Of a stretch of DNA of 64,000 bases, positions 35,500 to 48,899 are shown in pieces. Within the stretch, counting starts at the first letter, position 1. Each line of letters starts with the position of its first letter. The DNA is taken from assembly GCA_015680685.1 (NCBI GenBank), contig MNCI01000596.1, forward strand, positions 150,603-214,602. The letters run 5' to 3'. The stretch is from Gnetum montanum (lineage: Eukaryota; Plantae; Gnetophyta). Both the position numbers and the translations under genes were made by a program. Under the pieces are notes generated by a model. The model worked only from the letters and a program-made list of their open reading frames with translations, did no database searches and was not told the DNA's origin.

Positions 35500-37408
35500 T
35501 ATATTTGATGTCTCAGGTTAATGTGCCAATGCAACTAGATGTTTGTTTGATGAAATGCTCACAAAAGTCGTTGGCTCTTGGAATACTCGGATAGCAGGGC
35601 ATACCAGGCATGGGTATATTGGAATTTCAAATGCAAAGGATTTTTTTGAGGAAATACCATAAACGAATCCAGAATATTCTGACGGAAAAAGCTTTGGCTT
35701 TATTCAAAATGCCTCAGTAAGAATGCTGTACCATGGAATTCAGTTCTGAGAGGTTTGGTACAGAATGGCGATTTTGCCAAGACATTGAGGATTTTAAAAG
35801 ATATGCACAGAGAAAGCTAGGTATTGTTCCAAGCTCATCTACCTTAACTCATGCTCTGTCAGCATGCATTGATTTGGTTTCTTTTCAGCACAGCCAAGAA
35901 ACGCAATGTCTTATCATTAAGAGTGGGTTGTGGGATAATTTTTGTCGGGGACATGCATGCGAAATGCAGGAACATGATCAATGATTGCAGAGTGTTTGAG
36001 AAGATGCCTACTCCGGATATTGTTTCTTTCAATGGAATTGTCACAAGTTACTTTTGAATGGAGTGGCTTGGCTTGGTCCGGAAAGCTGTTGAAACATTTG
36101 ATTTGATTACATGCCCACAACAGATGCAGTCTCATGGAATGTGCTGCTTGCAGGATATGCAAAAGTTGGATACATTATCAAGGCACCCAGAGCATTTGAG
36201 AATATGCCGGAAAGAGATGTTTCTGTTTTTATTAATGGAAAACTATGATTGCAGGATATGTACAAAATAAGTGTCCATGGGAAGTTGTAATGAATGACTT
36301 TTGGACGAATGCAAATGACATGGATTAAGCCAACTCCTGCTACATGCACTTGTGGATTTGGCAGCTCTGTAGCAGGGCAAAGAATTCCATAACAGCACGA
36401 CAAACAGACACTATTCAGAAGAGAACTCCCATGCAATGTCACAATAGGAAATGGTCTAAACTCCCATGCATGCAAATAAATTGTGAAAGCTTGCAAAATA
36501 GAGAGAATGCAGCATAGCAATTTCATAATATGGAATATTGTGATTATGGGATATTCCAGTGTGTCCAAAGAAAGGAAGTCTGCAATCTCTTTCAACAAAT
36601 GGAAAACAGTGGAATTAAATCAAATCACTTTACCATTTTGGTGCTTCTGATAGTATTTTTGTTAGTGTGTTGCCATGCTCCTTCGGTTGACTAGCTTACT
36701 TATGTAAATTCCATGCACAATCTACAACATCCCTTATCATGATCCACTACAATACAATGCATCTTATCTTAGGCTTTTGATTAGTAAAATTTTTTATTAA
36801 AAATTTCTTATAGTTTTTATCGTGAAGTTTGTGCTGATGCGTTGCTTCGAGGCAGGAAGGTTAAACAGTATGCTACAAGCATAAACAGCAGAGCAAATAA
36901 ATGGTTTTCATGGTTGGTTGAAGAAGAGGTGATTGGTGCAACTTTGGATAGAATAATCGCCAAACTCTTCACTATAATACGTTGATATTTTATTTTGCTT
37001 TACATAATTGACTCTCCACCCAAAAATATTTAGCTTGGGCCTGTCTGCACTAATATTTCCATACAACTGGTAATTCGCTTTTCACCTAAAATAAAGAGCA
37101 TATACTTTGACAAATCATACGATAAACCCAACTTTTGAACACTATTATTGCATAGTGGACGTGCTTAGACAAGCAGGTAGTTTGCAGGAAGCTCGACGGT
37201 TTGAAAATATGCCTGAAAAACCAGATGCTGCTATGTCTAGTTTCCGGTTGCAGTCACAAATTGGGAATGAGTAGCTAAGCACTTTGATAGATTGAGACCT
37301 GATATACTAATTAATATTTTCCCAGAAGGTGGAAGATGGGAAGCCAAGGGTAGGGTGAGAAAACTGATGGATGAGAAAATAACTTGGCAAAGGCGCAGGA
37401 AGGAGTAA
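35500..37408 (+). pseudogene. PLS-class pentatricopeptide repeat (PPR) pseudogene with E motifs
   Basis: Motif fragments TRCLFDEMLTKVVGSWNTRIAG, CRVFEKMPTPDIVSFNGIV, DAVSWNVLLAGYAKVG, RAFENMPERDV, RMQMTWIKP, HYYCIVDVLRQAGSLQEARRF-ENMPEKPDA, LINIFPEGGRWEAKGRVRKLMDE; multiple frameshifts and stops; non-PPR stretch ~36640-37120. Confidence 0.88.
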
Positions 37409-37989
37409 AGATTAATAGGTAAATTTATGTATTTTGGGAGGGTATGCTTTACAAACATACGACCTATGTTTTTGTTACTTTTAGAGCTTGATGTAGTTAT
37501 AATTGTGAGTGTGCTTCGTTATTATTAGGTGTATAGGTTGGTCTCGAACTTTGTATTTACTTAGGATTATATAATTATGATAAACTTGATTGGTGTTGAT
37601 TTGTACATTCCTCTGTGATGTGATGATGGTGATGGATTTAGGGATGTGTTTTGATGGATTTTAAGTGCTATTGATGTGCTTGGGAATGATTGTGTTGCCT
37701 TGTGGATTTGTTTATGATTTCATAATTGTCATGGATTTGAATGTTGTTGATATGCTCATGACTTGTATGTTGAATGACACTTATTATAAGCATTGGTTGA
37801 ATGACCTATGGTTCTTTGTTATGATTAAATCTAAGTTATGTTAATGTGTGTTATGTATTGCCTGAGGCAAAAGTACGAAGTATGCATTGTCTATTGATTT
37901 AACATTTATTGATGAAATTGAAATGTTTTTTATTAGGTTTGTTGTCCCTTAGGATCTATTGGATAGAAGAAAATACATAGTATGTGTAG

Positions 37990-40880
37990 TAAACATTTCA
38001 TTAATAAAGTTACCAAGTTTCCTTGGGGCTATTTCAAAAAGCTCAATTAAACTACTAGCTATAATTTTCCATTTGTGGCAACTTTACATAGGAACAGGAC
38101 ATTCAAAGAATATGTGATGGTCATCTTCAATTGCTCTTTGATTGCATAAATGAAAGGTTTTCTCTTCTCTTAGAATTTGGACCCATCTTCCTGTTTTAAT
38201 TTCAAAATAATGGGGGCCTAATCTTACTTGATTGATTTGACATTGTGAGTGATAGGATATAGGAGCAAGTAAATAAGCTACTTTTTTGTTGATATCTCCT
38301 CTAATGTTGTCTAGGTAGAATTGTTTTTTTCCTGTTGGATTATTCTAGATGTGCAAAAGTGCCTTATTTCTAATACTCTTACAAAGTTGTCTTATATCAC
38401 AATATTATAATATCTATTTTAATATTTTATTTTTTGAGCCAAATCATTCCCTTGTAGAACCACCCTTTCTATTGTGTAGCAACTAAGACTTTCTTTGAAA
38501 ATTTAGTTATTGTGCTATAGGAGAGACTATGAACATATGCTGCAAATTGATAAAGAGCCTCTATATCTAAAGGCATCATATCTACTTTAAAAAACAACAA
38601 ATCATTTTGTACTTACCCTTTCCTGAAATTATTCTTCCTAAAAGTGCTTCTACACATCTATTTTCTTCCAATATTTGCTAGCAAGTTTAGGACTCTACAC
38701 TGCACACCCATATAAAAGGGTTGATTGCACAATAAAACAAAATAATTATTTTTTAGTTTCCCAGGCTAAGATAGTTTTTTTTTCTTTTAACATTTGCTTT
38801 TTAAATCAAACAAGGCTCTTAGTTTACTTGCAATCTTTTGTTTAATGTACATCTTCCAATTGTAATTGTGAGAAAGATCTAGACCAAGGTACTATAAGTT
38901 AGTATCATATTTATTGGGCCCTTTACAATAGTCAAAGAGTAATCATTGATGCTAGTGCCACACACCATAATTTTAATTTTTTTTCTAACTTTTATTTATG
39001 AATGTTATCGAAAATCATCCAAAATAGTAAACATTTGTTGTAGACCTTCCTTAGAGTTAGAGATGAGAGTTGCACCATCAACATACAACAAAAGGTTGAC
39101 AAAGTGATCATTAATTTTAATAGAGTATCTATTTGGAGTCTTCAGCATCCACTCATCGAGTCCATCAATAAAAATTCCAAAAAGTGTAGGCAAAAGAGAA
39201 CAACCTTGTTTCATCCCAATATCACTATGCAATAAAACATTTTTATGGAAGTGGTGATTTGTGATATGAATAAATACCTCTTGGTAAAGACTTTGAATAG
39301 CAACTAGCAAAGATGGAGGAGTGTCTATGTCTTGTACTCACTTTCACAACTTGCTTTGAATAACTAAATCATATGCTTTAGAGAAATTCATAAAGCAAAC
39401 AAATGTTCTTTTATTTTGCTCTTTTACATAAATCAATAAGATATTTCAAAGTAATGAGGTGATCAATAGTAGAATGGTGAGGTCTAAACCTAGCTTGTTT
39501 GCTCACAAATTGTTTTCTTCTATATATTTCTCAAATTTCATCTCAAGAATATTTCCCAAAACCATAGAAAAAGTATTATTGATTATAATCAACCTATAGT
39601 TATTTAAATTAGATCTATCTCCTTTTATAAAGAGCAAAATAGCTATGTTAGTGCACTATTCTTTATCTAAACTAAATTGGAGAGCATGGTTTAGATTTTT
39701 CCAAACTATTCGCCATATTGAAGGTGCTTCCCAAGTTTACATTTCTCCATAAAGTCCTGTTGTATCAATTGCTTTACTTGATGCTAGTCTTTTGATGTTT
39801 TGCATGGTATCCTCAAAGGAAAATTTCAGTTTCAAACTTTTTCTTTGATGAAGCACTTCCAGAAATTTCTTGGTTCTTTCTTGATCATGTGGAGAAGAGT
39901 AGTTTATATTTCTTTAATGAACTATCTCTTTTTATTTTGAATCAAGTTCTTATAAAGCCTAATAGTTATTGGATACTTTTGTATTTTTAAGTCTAGTTGT
40001 CCCACATTTAGAATCAAATCAAAGTTGGGACTAGGTTGATGCTTTTCTAAAAACATGTTGTGCTATAGCCACTAAAATTTTTTCAAGTTTTACATGAGGA
40101 TTCTAGCATTTTTGAACTTCATCTTGAAAATCTAACTTGACTTTGTCTATTATCCTATAAGAAACTGGTTTTCTCTATTATCTAACTTGTTATAAATTTA
40201 ACAAAAGACTAAAATATAGTGGCTGATAGTTAGACTCAGTCACCTCATCACATACTTTAAAATGTTTAATACAATTCAAACTATTTATATAGGTGATTAG
40301 CAAATCAATACCTAAGGAACCTTGTGGTCTTATGAATGTGTAGTAACTAGAATTGGAAGAATTGGGTAACCCATTAAGAATTCCCAAATTTAAATCTTGA
40401 CTCTAACCAACAAATACCTACATGTATGATTGACTTATATGTCTTGAGAGAAACTTTTCCACTCTACGTTATTTTCATAGTCTAAATATCCTTGTTGATT
40501 CTAAAGGCTTATTGGGATTTGTTCAAGCCCAACCCTAGCATTAAAATTTTCACAAATGCAAATTTTTCTAATATGAGAAAAAATTAGCAATATCCATTAG
40601 ATGGCCTTGAATGGGAAAGTCCCTTGATAAATTTTCTTTAGCATAAAAGGTCACTTCTTGAGGAGTCAAATAATAAAAAGCTAAGAAAAAACTGGCCTTT
40701 TCATGAGCTACTTGAATCTAAACATATTGCTTGTATTCATCTACTTTTTCAACCCATATATATTATTGTATGGTACTGCGCATCAACATAGTCAAGCCAT
40801 CATAAGGTCTTTCATGTTAACCTTTTTTTTTTCTGTAATGAAAGAAAAAGGTTTGAAAACCAAGACATACAAAAGGAATG
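37990..40880 (-). mobile_element. LINE retrotransposon (RTEX-like), degenerate, 5'-truncated
   Basis: Endonuclease C-terminus (GIDLLI...ESNYQPL, ORF 40190..40387); RT motifs CFMNFSKAYD, GMKQGCSLLPTLF, LLYVDG (39005..39310), YLGLD; C-terminal HYFEIKTGRW...LCNQRAIEDDHHIFFECP ~38095-38215. Confidence 0.82.
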
Positions 40881-41585
40881 TTGAACATAGATGGATCTAG
40901 AATGTTGAATTATTTGTGAGGTTGCTGTTATGTTTTGATTATGCATGTGTTATATGACATACGTGAATTGGAATGATTTCTTAAATTGACTAGAATGTTT
41001 CTTTGTGAATTGTATATATATCAATGTGGGTATCTCATGTACATCATTTGTTCTATATTTTGGGTTTTGCTATCTCTAGGTGCTAATGTGCAAATGCTAA
41101 GTATTGAGTAATCAAATTTGGAAAGAAAATAAAAAGGTGATAACAAGCTTGATCCATTGCTATTTTATGATTTTATAATGCATAAAAGAAGTAGCGGATC
41201 AAAAGGAACAGATTTTCTTTTTATTCTTCCTTTTTAGTTTGCTTTACTGAGGATGAACTTGAAACATGATTTTGGATATGTTTTTTATTTTTGTATAACT
41301 ACCATATAAAGTTAGTTATATTAAAGAATAGAAAACCAAAACCAAAACATGAGTGAATAAAAAAGATAGGCACAAAAGAAAAATGCAAGATTAATAGAAT
41401 AAGGTAAAACAACAAAAGAAAGGAGGATTGCAATAACAACAACAACAATTAGATGCATTTGTAGTTATCTACAGTAAATTGATAGTATTTATAGCCTAAT
41501 GTATGCTTCTCTCATAACATTTTTTTATTTTCCATATCATTGTAGGAGATAATTTATTTTCCATGTTATTGTATGAGTTTTGTAA

Positions 41586-44500
41586 TGTTGGTACATGTCT
41601 ATATTTCTTGATATAATGTGTTGCATGACAAAATTTTTGTATTTCAAATATGAGAAGGAAAGAGAAGTCAATGCAAAGTCAAAATATGAGGCCTAGATGC
41701 CATGATATGCATCTCTTTCTTGGGACCATCCAAGGACCATCCAAGGTTCTATGTGATTATTCCTATGTGTTAGGACCACATGGCGTACATAGGTGACACA
41801 TCCTTATCAATTAGGACTGCAAGTCTCCTCTCCTTGTGATTTAGTTGTGATTAGATAGGGTCATTTGCAACCATATTAGAGTTGAGTGTACTCTTAAGAA
41901 CAACCTCTTTAATTTTCTATTTATGTGATGTATAGGCTCTCCACAAACTTGAGGCATTTCATAGAGGTAGTTTCATGTGAAGACTACATTGTAGCATTAA
42001 AAAATATTTAAAGTAATAGAAGAAGAAGAGTTTGCATTCATATCATTATCTCATTATCTTATTTTAGTTATTTCCTCTATTTCATTTGTATTTCAAGATC
42101 TCATTATTCCAATAATCTCAATCTTGTTTCAATTTAATATCATTTTTATTATCATTAAAGCTAAGAAAGAAGAAGAACATCTTGTTGGAGATCAATCTCC
42201 ATTGTTTTTCCTTGCTAACTATTTGTTGCAGGTTTCAAAGCTATTTTAAGCTCAAGGAGGGCTTTCTTGGCCATCCAAGAATTCATTGAAGCCAAGTAGA
42301 GAGAGTTATGCTAAAAATTCATTTAGCACATGGTGTGATAAAAGCCTTCAAATCCTAGCCATTTTCAACTACTCTTGTTGCTGTTAAGTTGCCAACAACA
42401 TCCTCTACCTATGTACTAGAGTTGAAGCTTGGTTTCAACATTATTTTGGGGTTGATTTTGGTGTCCCAATGAAATCAAGAGCCAACGAGAAGTTGACCAT
42501 GACTTATGATATTCATAGAGAAGAAAAGATTTCTATTTTAGAGAACCATGACATCACCACAAGTCATGGTATTATAACATATGTTAATCATGACTTGTGG
42601 CCATGAAAAAAATCAAGAGAAGGAAAGAGGAAAAAATTTAACATATTTGGTATCAACCATGAATTGATGATGACCACTCCATGACTTATGGTCAATGGAT
42701 CACGGTCAAGCCATGCCTTGTAGTCTATGCTTTAAGCTCCAAGGTAGACCACAAACTAACAATGACCTGTAGTTAGCACCACAATCTAACCATGAGTCCA
42801 CAATGATCGATGGTTTGTAGAACCATGAGTGAGCCACCACTTTTGGTTCCAATTATGGTAACTATTTCGGCTAAAAATTAAAGCTCAACTAGAAGATTTT
42901 AGAAGCAAAAAGAAACCTTATTTTTGTTGTGCCCTCTAAAAGTTAGCATCAGAGTAGTTGGTCAAGGTTCGAAGATGTCTAAGGAGGTACCTAAGTGTTC
43001 CATCATCTTTGATGGGAAGAAGAACTTCACATATTGGAGCATGTTGATGAAGAGCTTATTTAAGCTCAATAATTATTTAGAAGTGATGGAGAATATCTTC
43101 CATGAGATTGAAACCGATCTTTTCACTCAAGCTCAAGCAAGAAAGCAAAATGAAGACATAAAAAAGAATGAATTCCCCAAGATGATCATGTGAAGCTCTC
43201 TAAGTGAGAGCATTACAAAGAAGATGCCAAGGCTTATTGGGATGCACTTGTACAAGGTAATCATGGCACAAGTAAGGTGATGCAAGTTAAGTAATTGAAA
43301 ATTAGGACTAAATTTGAGAACGTCAACATGATGAGAGATGAGTTCCTAGATTCATTATTTAATAGGATGTCTAATGTTATTAGGGAATTAGATACTTATC
43401 AAGTTGGCTATAGTGAGGAGTGAAGAGTGTGAATATTCATCCAAATCCTTTTTAACACCACAAATACAAAGCCACCATTGTGATTCTCATTAGCATCAAA
43501 AATCTCAAAATCCTCATCATTGATGAGCTTGTTTCCCACATGAGAGGTCTTGATGGACTAAAGTTCAAGGAAAACCAAAATCAAGTTTTCTATTCCAATG
43601 AACCTCAAAGAGGCTAAGAAGGCCCAAAAAAAAAAAAAAAAATTAAAAAGAGAAGGTAGAGGAAGATGGAGAAAAAAATAGGTCCCAAAGGTAGCCACCA
43701 TCATCTTAAGAAAATTGGTCCCAAAATAATTCTTCCTAAAGAGTAGGAAGAGGAAGATGCTTTCAAAGAGGAAGCGAAGGCTTCCAAAGTGGAAGGAGCA
43801 TCATCCTAAGGAGGGCAAACTCAAGAATAAAATCAAAGAGAGGGAAGATGGTGTTTCAATTGCAAGAAGCATGGACACCTTGAAGACTAATGTTAGTACA
43901 ACGTAGGCTTTCCAAGCCTATCCATCAATGAAGGTGCTTCAAAAGCATAAGATGATTGTGCCTCCATTGCTAGCACACTAGACCTTGATAAGGGTAGGCA
44001 ATTTGAAGGAGGAGCAAGCTATTCAACCTTCATATGTAGCAAGGAATTCTCATTATCAACATGAATTCTTAATAGTGGTTTCTTCAACCACATGACAGTG
44101 GATTTTTGCAAATTTGTCAAGCTAAGGAGAAGTAACTTTGGGAGCATATGAGTTGGAGATGAAGCTTTTGTTCAAATTGAAGGAGTTTAAGATTGTGCCC
44201 ACATTTTCCATGATGGATACACCATACAAGTATGTGATGTTTTCTATGTGTCCTTACTTTCAACCTCATTGCTTTCCATAGAGAAAATGATGTCAAAGTA
44301 GTGTTTGATAGTAGAGGTTGCATATTGAGTAATCATAATGGAGTCATTTTTTCCATATCAAAATTAGAAAATCAAATTTATACTCTATTAATTATGAATT
44401 TTTCAAGAATGTTATATTAGTCCAATAAGTGGAAAATTCCTTTATCATCCTTGCAAGATTATGGCATAAAAGATTGAGGCATGTAAATTATTAGTACATC

Positions 44501-44695
44501 CTTGATATCAAAACACAAGCAACAATTAGAGTGAAGTATCCTCTTATTCCAAATGAAATGTGTGAAGCATGTGCTTATAGAAAGCACAAATCATCTTCTT
44601 AAAACACATACATTCAAAGGAAGGAAAAATTATTGGAGCTTCTTCACCTAGACTTGGTGGGTTTAATGCAATTGGTCTCCATCACAAATACAAGC
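41586..44695 (+). mobile_element. Ty1/Copia 5' portion (LTR, gag, protease, start of integrase), 3'-truncated
   Basis: PBS-like ttagcatcagagt ~42943; gag MSKEVPKCSIIFDGKKNFTYWSMLMK from 42975; knuckle CFNCKKHGH ~43852; protease ILNSGFFNHMT ~44065; LWHKRLRHVN ~44460; LELLHLDLVG ~44632. LTR start (TGTTGG 41586) is tentative. Confidence 0.8.
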
Positions 44696-44699
44696 TACG

Positions 44700-45080
44700 T
44701 AAGCAAGATACCACTCTAACAAAGTCTAGCCGCACTTGTGAAAGTAATGACTGAAAACACAAATAAATAAGAAAGGAAATTAACATACATAAGGGAGGAA
44801 GAGCTCTTTACATAAAATTAGATGCCCTAGCCCAAGAAATGACTAAGAAAACCTAATTATAAATGAGAATTGTCATAGGGTATTTATAGTTTTTGTGTAG
44901 GAATGGAAAGGGTTTGTCAATGCCTTGATACCAACAAAAGCTCATCAACGTCATATTGGCCACTTGGAGTCACACTGTAGGTAAGGGGGTCAAACAAGGC
45001 TAGGGAGGGGTTGCACTAGCATCCCTACACTAACATAGAGGGTGTGCTAGTATAAGGTAGTCAAAAAATCCTCCCCATTT
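44700..45080 (-). mobile_element. Possible short LTR (~350 bp)
   Basis: Minus-strand PPT-like aaatggggaggat ~45068-45080, TATA ctataaataccc 44878-44889, PBS-like gtggtatc ~44706-44713; termini degenerate. Confidence 0.35.
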
Positions 45081-46239
45081 GCCACAATCAAGAACTTTCC
45101 TATCAAAACAAGCTGGGACCTAAAGGAACATGTTGGAATGGCTACAGGACATTCCAATAAAACCAGAATCATTCAAAAGGGCTTGGTATTACGCATGTTC
45201 AAAGTGTAGCATGAGAGGTAAGGATGCATCACTAAAGATTAATAATCTCAATTGAACATGTTAGACTACAAACATTGGATGCATAAAACACTTCCTTGGA
45301 TCCAAGACTTATAATCAACACATAAATTGCCACTATATGCTTTGTAATTTTCCCACGACTTGATAAAGCTAGTTCTATAGCTTTAATATTCAAGATACAA
45401 TGGCTAAGGAGTATACATAAGATAAGGTCAATGTAGAGGAATACAATTATATAAATGCTTTGATATAGGACTCATTATAAAATTGCCACTTTAAGAAGAG
45501 AGAGACTAGGAGTGATGACTGATAAGAAAAGTTCCTTAGCATGCTTGCAGAACTAGAAATGCTTCTAGTGTGATGGATGATATCTGGCATAACGTCTTTG
45601 GTTTATCTTTAGTTGTAGATTGTTGTGCATATCTCTCTTGTGATTTTGGGACATAACCACTTCAACTTTGAATCTACCTTTCACGAGAAGCTCTTACCTT
45701 TTGGGTCAAGGAAGTGTTCTCCAAGTGGTACTAATGATGTTATGTCCATAGGCTCAAGGATGTGCTTGCTAAGGCATTATGGACTACAATGATGCTAAAA
45801 ATCATGTGAAATCCTTAAATATTAAACTTCCATTGAAAAGATCATGCACGAGAACAATGGTAGGAACAATCCCCAAGGATAACATGAAGAACAACTTCAT
45901 AGCCCAACATGAGACATGTACATGGGTATGATGATAAGATAAGATTGGAAAACACCTACCCAATGGTGTATATCCCCCACAAATGATTTATGAGAAACTT
46001 GCTCTAGATAATGTTAACTAATAGCATGCACTAATGAACATTGACATAGCAACTACAGATATAAACATGTGAGATAATAAATCAAAAAGAGTCTAAAAAC
46101 TTATAACACTAACACCAGGGCAAATCAAGATTATCAAACATGTAGGCTAAAAATTAGAGTGGAAGAGGATAGTCTTAGTTAAACCTTTAGGCCCATTGAG
46201 TTACAACCTCATATGTGGAAGACCAACCACTCATACAAA

Positions 46240-48510
46240 CTATCAAGAATTTTAAAAGAAATTTTCTGTTCATCTCCAAGTATAATATAGATTTAAAGAT
46301 CTCCAAACTTCAAATTAATTTTAGAAAAACATTATAGCATTAGTTAACACATCAACAACATCTTAGGAATTGGAAATATGTACTTGATAGTAATTTTATT
46401 CACTATCCTAGAATCAATACACATTCTCATCTCATCTATATATTTCTTAGATACAAGTATAGCTAGTACTACATAAGGTGAAATAGATTCCTTCATGAAA
46501 CTATTTGAGAGAAGTTCACTTGCTATTTTATCTTTTCTTAAGCTTGGAGTCATATGACAAGCCCTCTTATTCAGTGTTGTTTCCTTTAATTCAAAATCAA
46601 TTGGATGCTAAATAGATCTCATTAGTGGAAGTCATTCCAACTTACTTTGAAAATATCAATAATTTTTTATGTCTAAGGTTGCACTATTGCTGGAAGTTCA
46701 TTTGTTTGTTCCTCTTTACTTGCTACAATTATAGAAATAATGATGAAATTATGCCTAACTTTCTCATGTACTTAAAACATATTCATGATCATCCAATAAA
46801 ATCAAAGATGCATTATTAGGAACATTTTTTGTACTCTTGTAATGTCATAGAAATCAAATTATAAATACCATCTATCCTAGGAACTAACCAAATATTTTTG
46901 CACCATGAAATATAGTCTTGTTATCATAATTCTAAGATCTACCAAGAATTACATCTACACAATCTATGGGAAAAATACCACTAGAGCTCTTCTCTTTAAA
47001 TGAACTAATTATAAAAGTTAAGATACAACTTTCTTTTACTTCTTAAAAATGATCTTTAAAATGACAATGAACTTTGTATGAATTTGGATGAGTATCTTAA
47101 ATAAATAAAATCTATGGATAGCCTTGGCAAATATTACATTCTTTAATGCTCCATTGACAACAACAAGATGAATGCATTTCACACTAGACAGACATCTAGG
47201 CCCAATTCGAAAGAGCATTTCTCTATTAGGATCTTCAAGATTGGCAATTCCTTTATATGTACAAAGAACTGATATCAATGATATCTTTAATAATAGGTGC
47301 ATTAGGGTTATCTTGACTTAAATAAAATAAAGCATCCTTCTTTAATATTTGAATTTTATTTCTTTTGAAGCTTTTGGATTTTTGCATTTTCACTATTTAT
47401 CATCCACTTCTTCATAACTAAAGAATTGGATTTTGCTAGCATCCTTTCCCTTGGATGAATCCTTCATGGAAGTCTCATCATATTTTCCTTTTACTTCTCT
47501 TATGTATCTTCCTTGGAACTAGTCCTTGGCTTCCTTCTTTCTTATAGAAGCTTTGAAATCTTTTTCCTTAAAAGTAGTTTTGGGACCATCTTTAGAATAT
47601 CCATGTAGCTTTCTATTAGCTTTAAGAGCCAATTCAAATGCATCATCAAATGTTTGTAGTTTATAGAAGATTAATCCTTATTGATATTCTCTCATAGATC
47701 GATTAAGAAAATTAGAAGCTTGTTCATACTCAAACCACTAAATTCTAGCTTGATGAAAAGCTTTAAAAAAATCCATGTAAAATTCCTTCACATTTTTAGC
47801 ATTTTTTTTAAAATACTTGAATCTCTAAATGGCTTCTTACATATGCCAAGTTTTAGTAATTTTTTTTCTCATCACGTACAACATAAGAGACCAATCGTTG
47901 ATGGGTGTGTTATGGTTTACCACATAAGCATGACTTTTCTTCTTCCATTAAATTTCTATCATACCTTTTAACTTGATTTTAGTAAACGATATCCTTTATT
48001 TTTCAAGAATATTCTTAAGTTAAAAATACTTAATTATAGAATTAAGCCAAAAAATAAAATAATATGCATCTTCCATCCCATTAAATATCTTGACTTCAAC
48101 ATGTGGCATCCTTGCAGCATGTCTAAAGGCTTTTGTAAGAATGGTTTTCATTTCTCTATTAATATTTCCTTATTTTCTTGAATGAGACATAAGATTTATT
48201 CTCTTTAAAATTTTTGATCCATGATGCTAATTTTTAGTCCTTGAAAAATTAGAAACTTCATCCACATCCTTTCCTTCATGTTCTCTTCAAGATCAAAAGT
48301 AAGGACATCTTTCATACTTTGCATAGCATGATGATCATGGGATGAAGAATTCCTTGAATTCACATCTTTCTTAGATCTTCTACATGATGGAGATTTAACT
48401 TCATTTTTTACTTCTAGCTTCTTAAGTTTATCAAAGATAATTTAAAAATCCACTTTATATCTTTCATATCCTTAGCAAGAGCTTGAAATGACTTCTTCTT
48501 ATGAGTCATA
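46240..48510 (-). mobile_element. CRM-like Ty3/Gypsy internal fragment (gag, protease, RT N-terminus)
   Basis: gag ATG at 48509 (MTHKKK) resembling the 5309 element; protease region LVVVNGALKNVI (47036..47302); RT start SPYVVLAILVSKK..MRMCIDSRIVNKITIKYIFPIPK (46344..46553). Confidence 0.8.
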
Positions 48511-48899
48511 TAGAAATGAATGAATTATGACACTATCCATAAGTAGATTATGTAAGCCTACAAGGAAATAAGAATATTTATAACTAATAGTATAATGCCC
48601 ACAAAAATTTATGAATGCCCAAAATTAGATAAACACAAATCTCACACCAAGAAGGTAAAATTGAACAAGATTAAAGACAACTGAGGTTAGCACAAGCTAA
48701 TGGATGTTTAAAATGGGTTGAATTACAAATGCCCAAATCAATTACCTTACAATTATACCAAAAAAAGACCCTTAAACCTCAAATATGAGCAGAAAAAAAT
48801 ACCCAATTTAATTCCTAAAAGGATGAATAAGATTGACAAATTAATTACCCACTTAAGGGTTGAAATTTAGAAGTATGCTAACTATACCATGATCATTAT

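Noticed and set aside
36107-36598. Longest ORF in the track (163 aa, minus strand)
   Set aside because: Antisense to the PPR pseudogene, with no independent motif.
37410-37990. TG-rich sequence here, at 40900-41150 and 63266-64000 as defined LTRs
   Set aside because: Composition is TE-like but no termini, TSD or partner repeat could be fixed.
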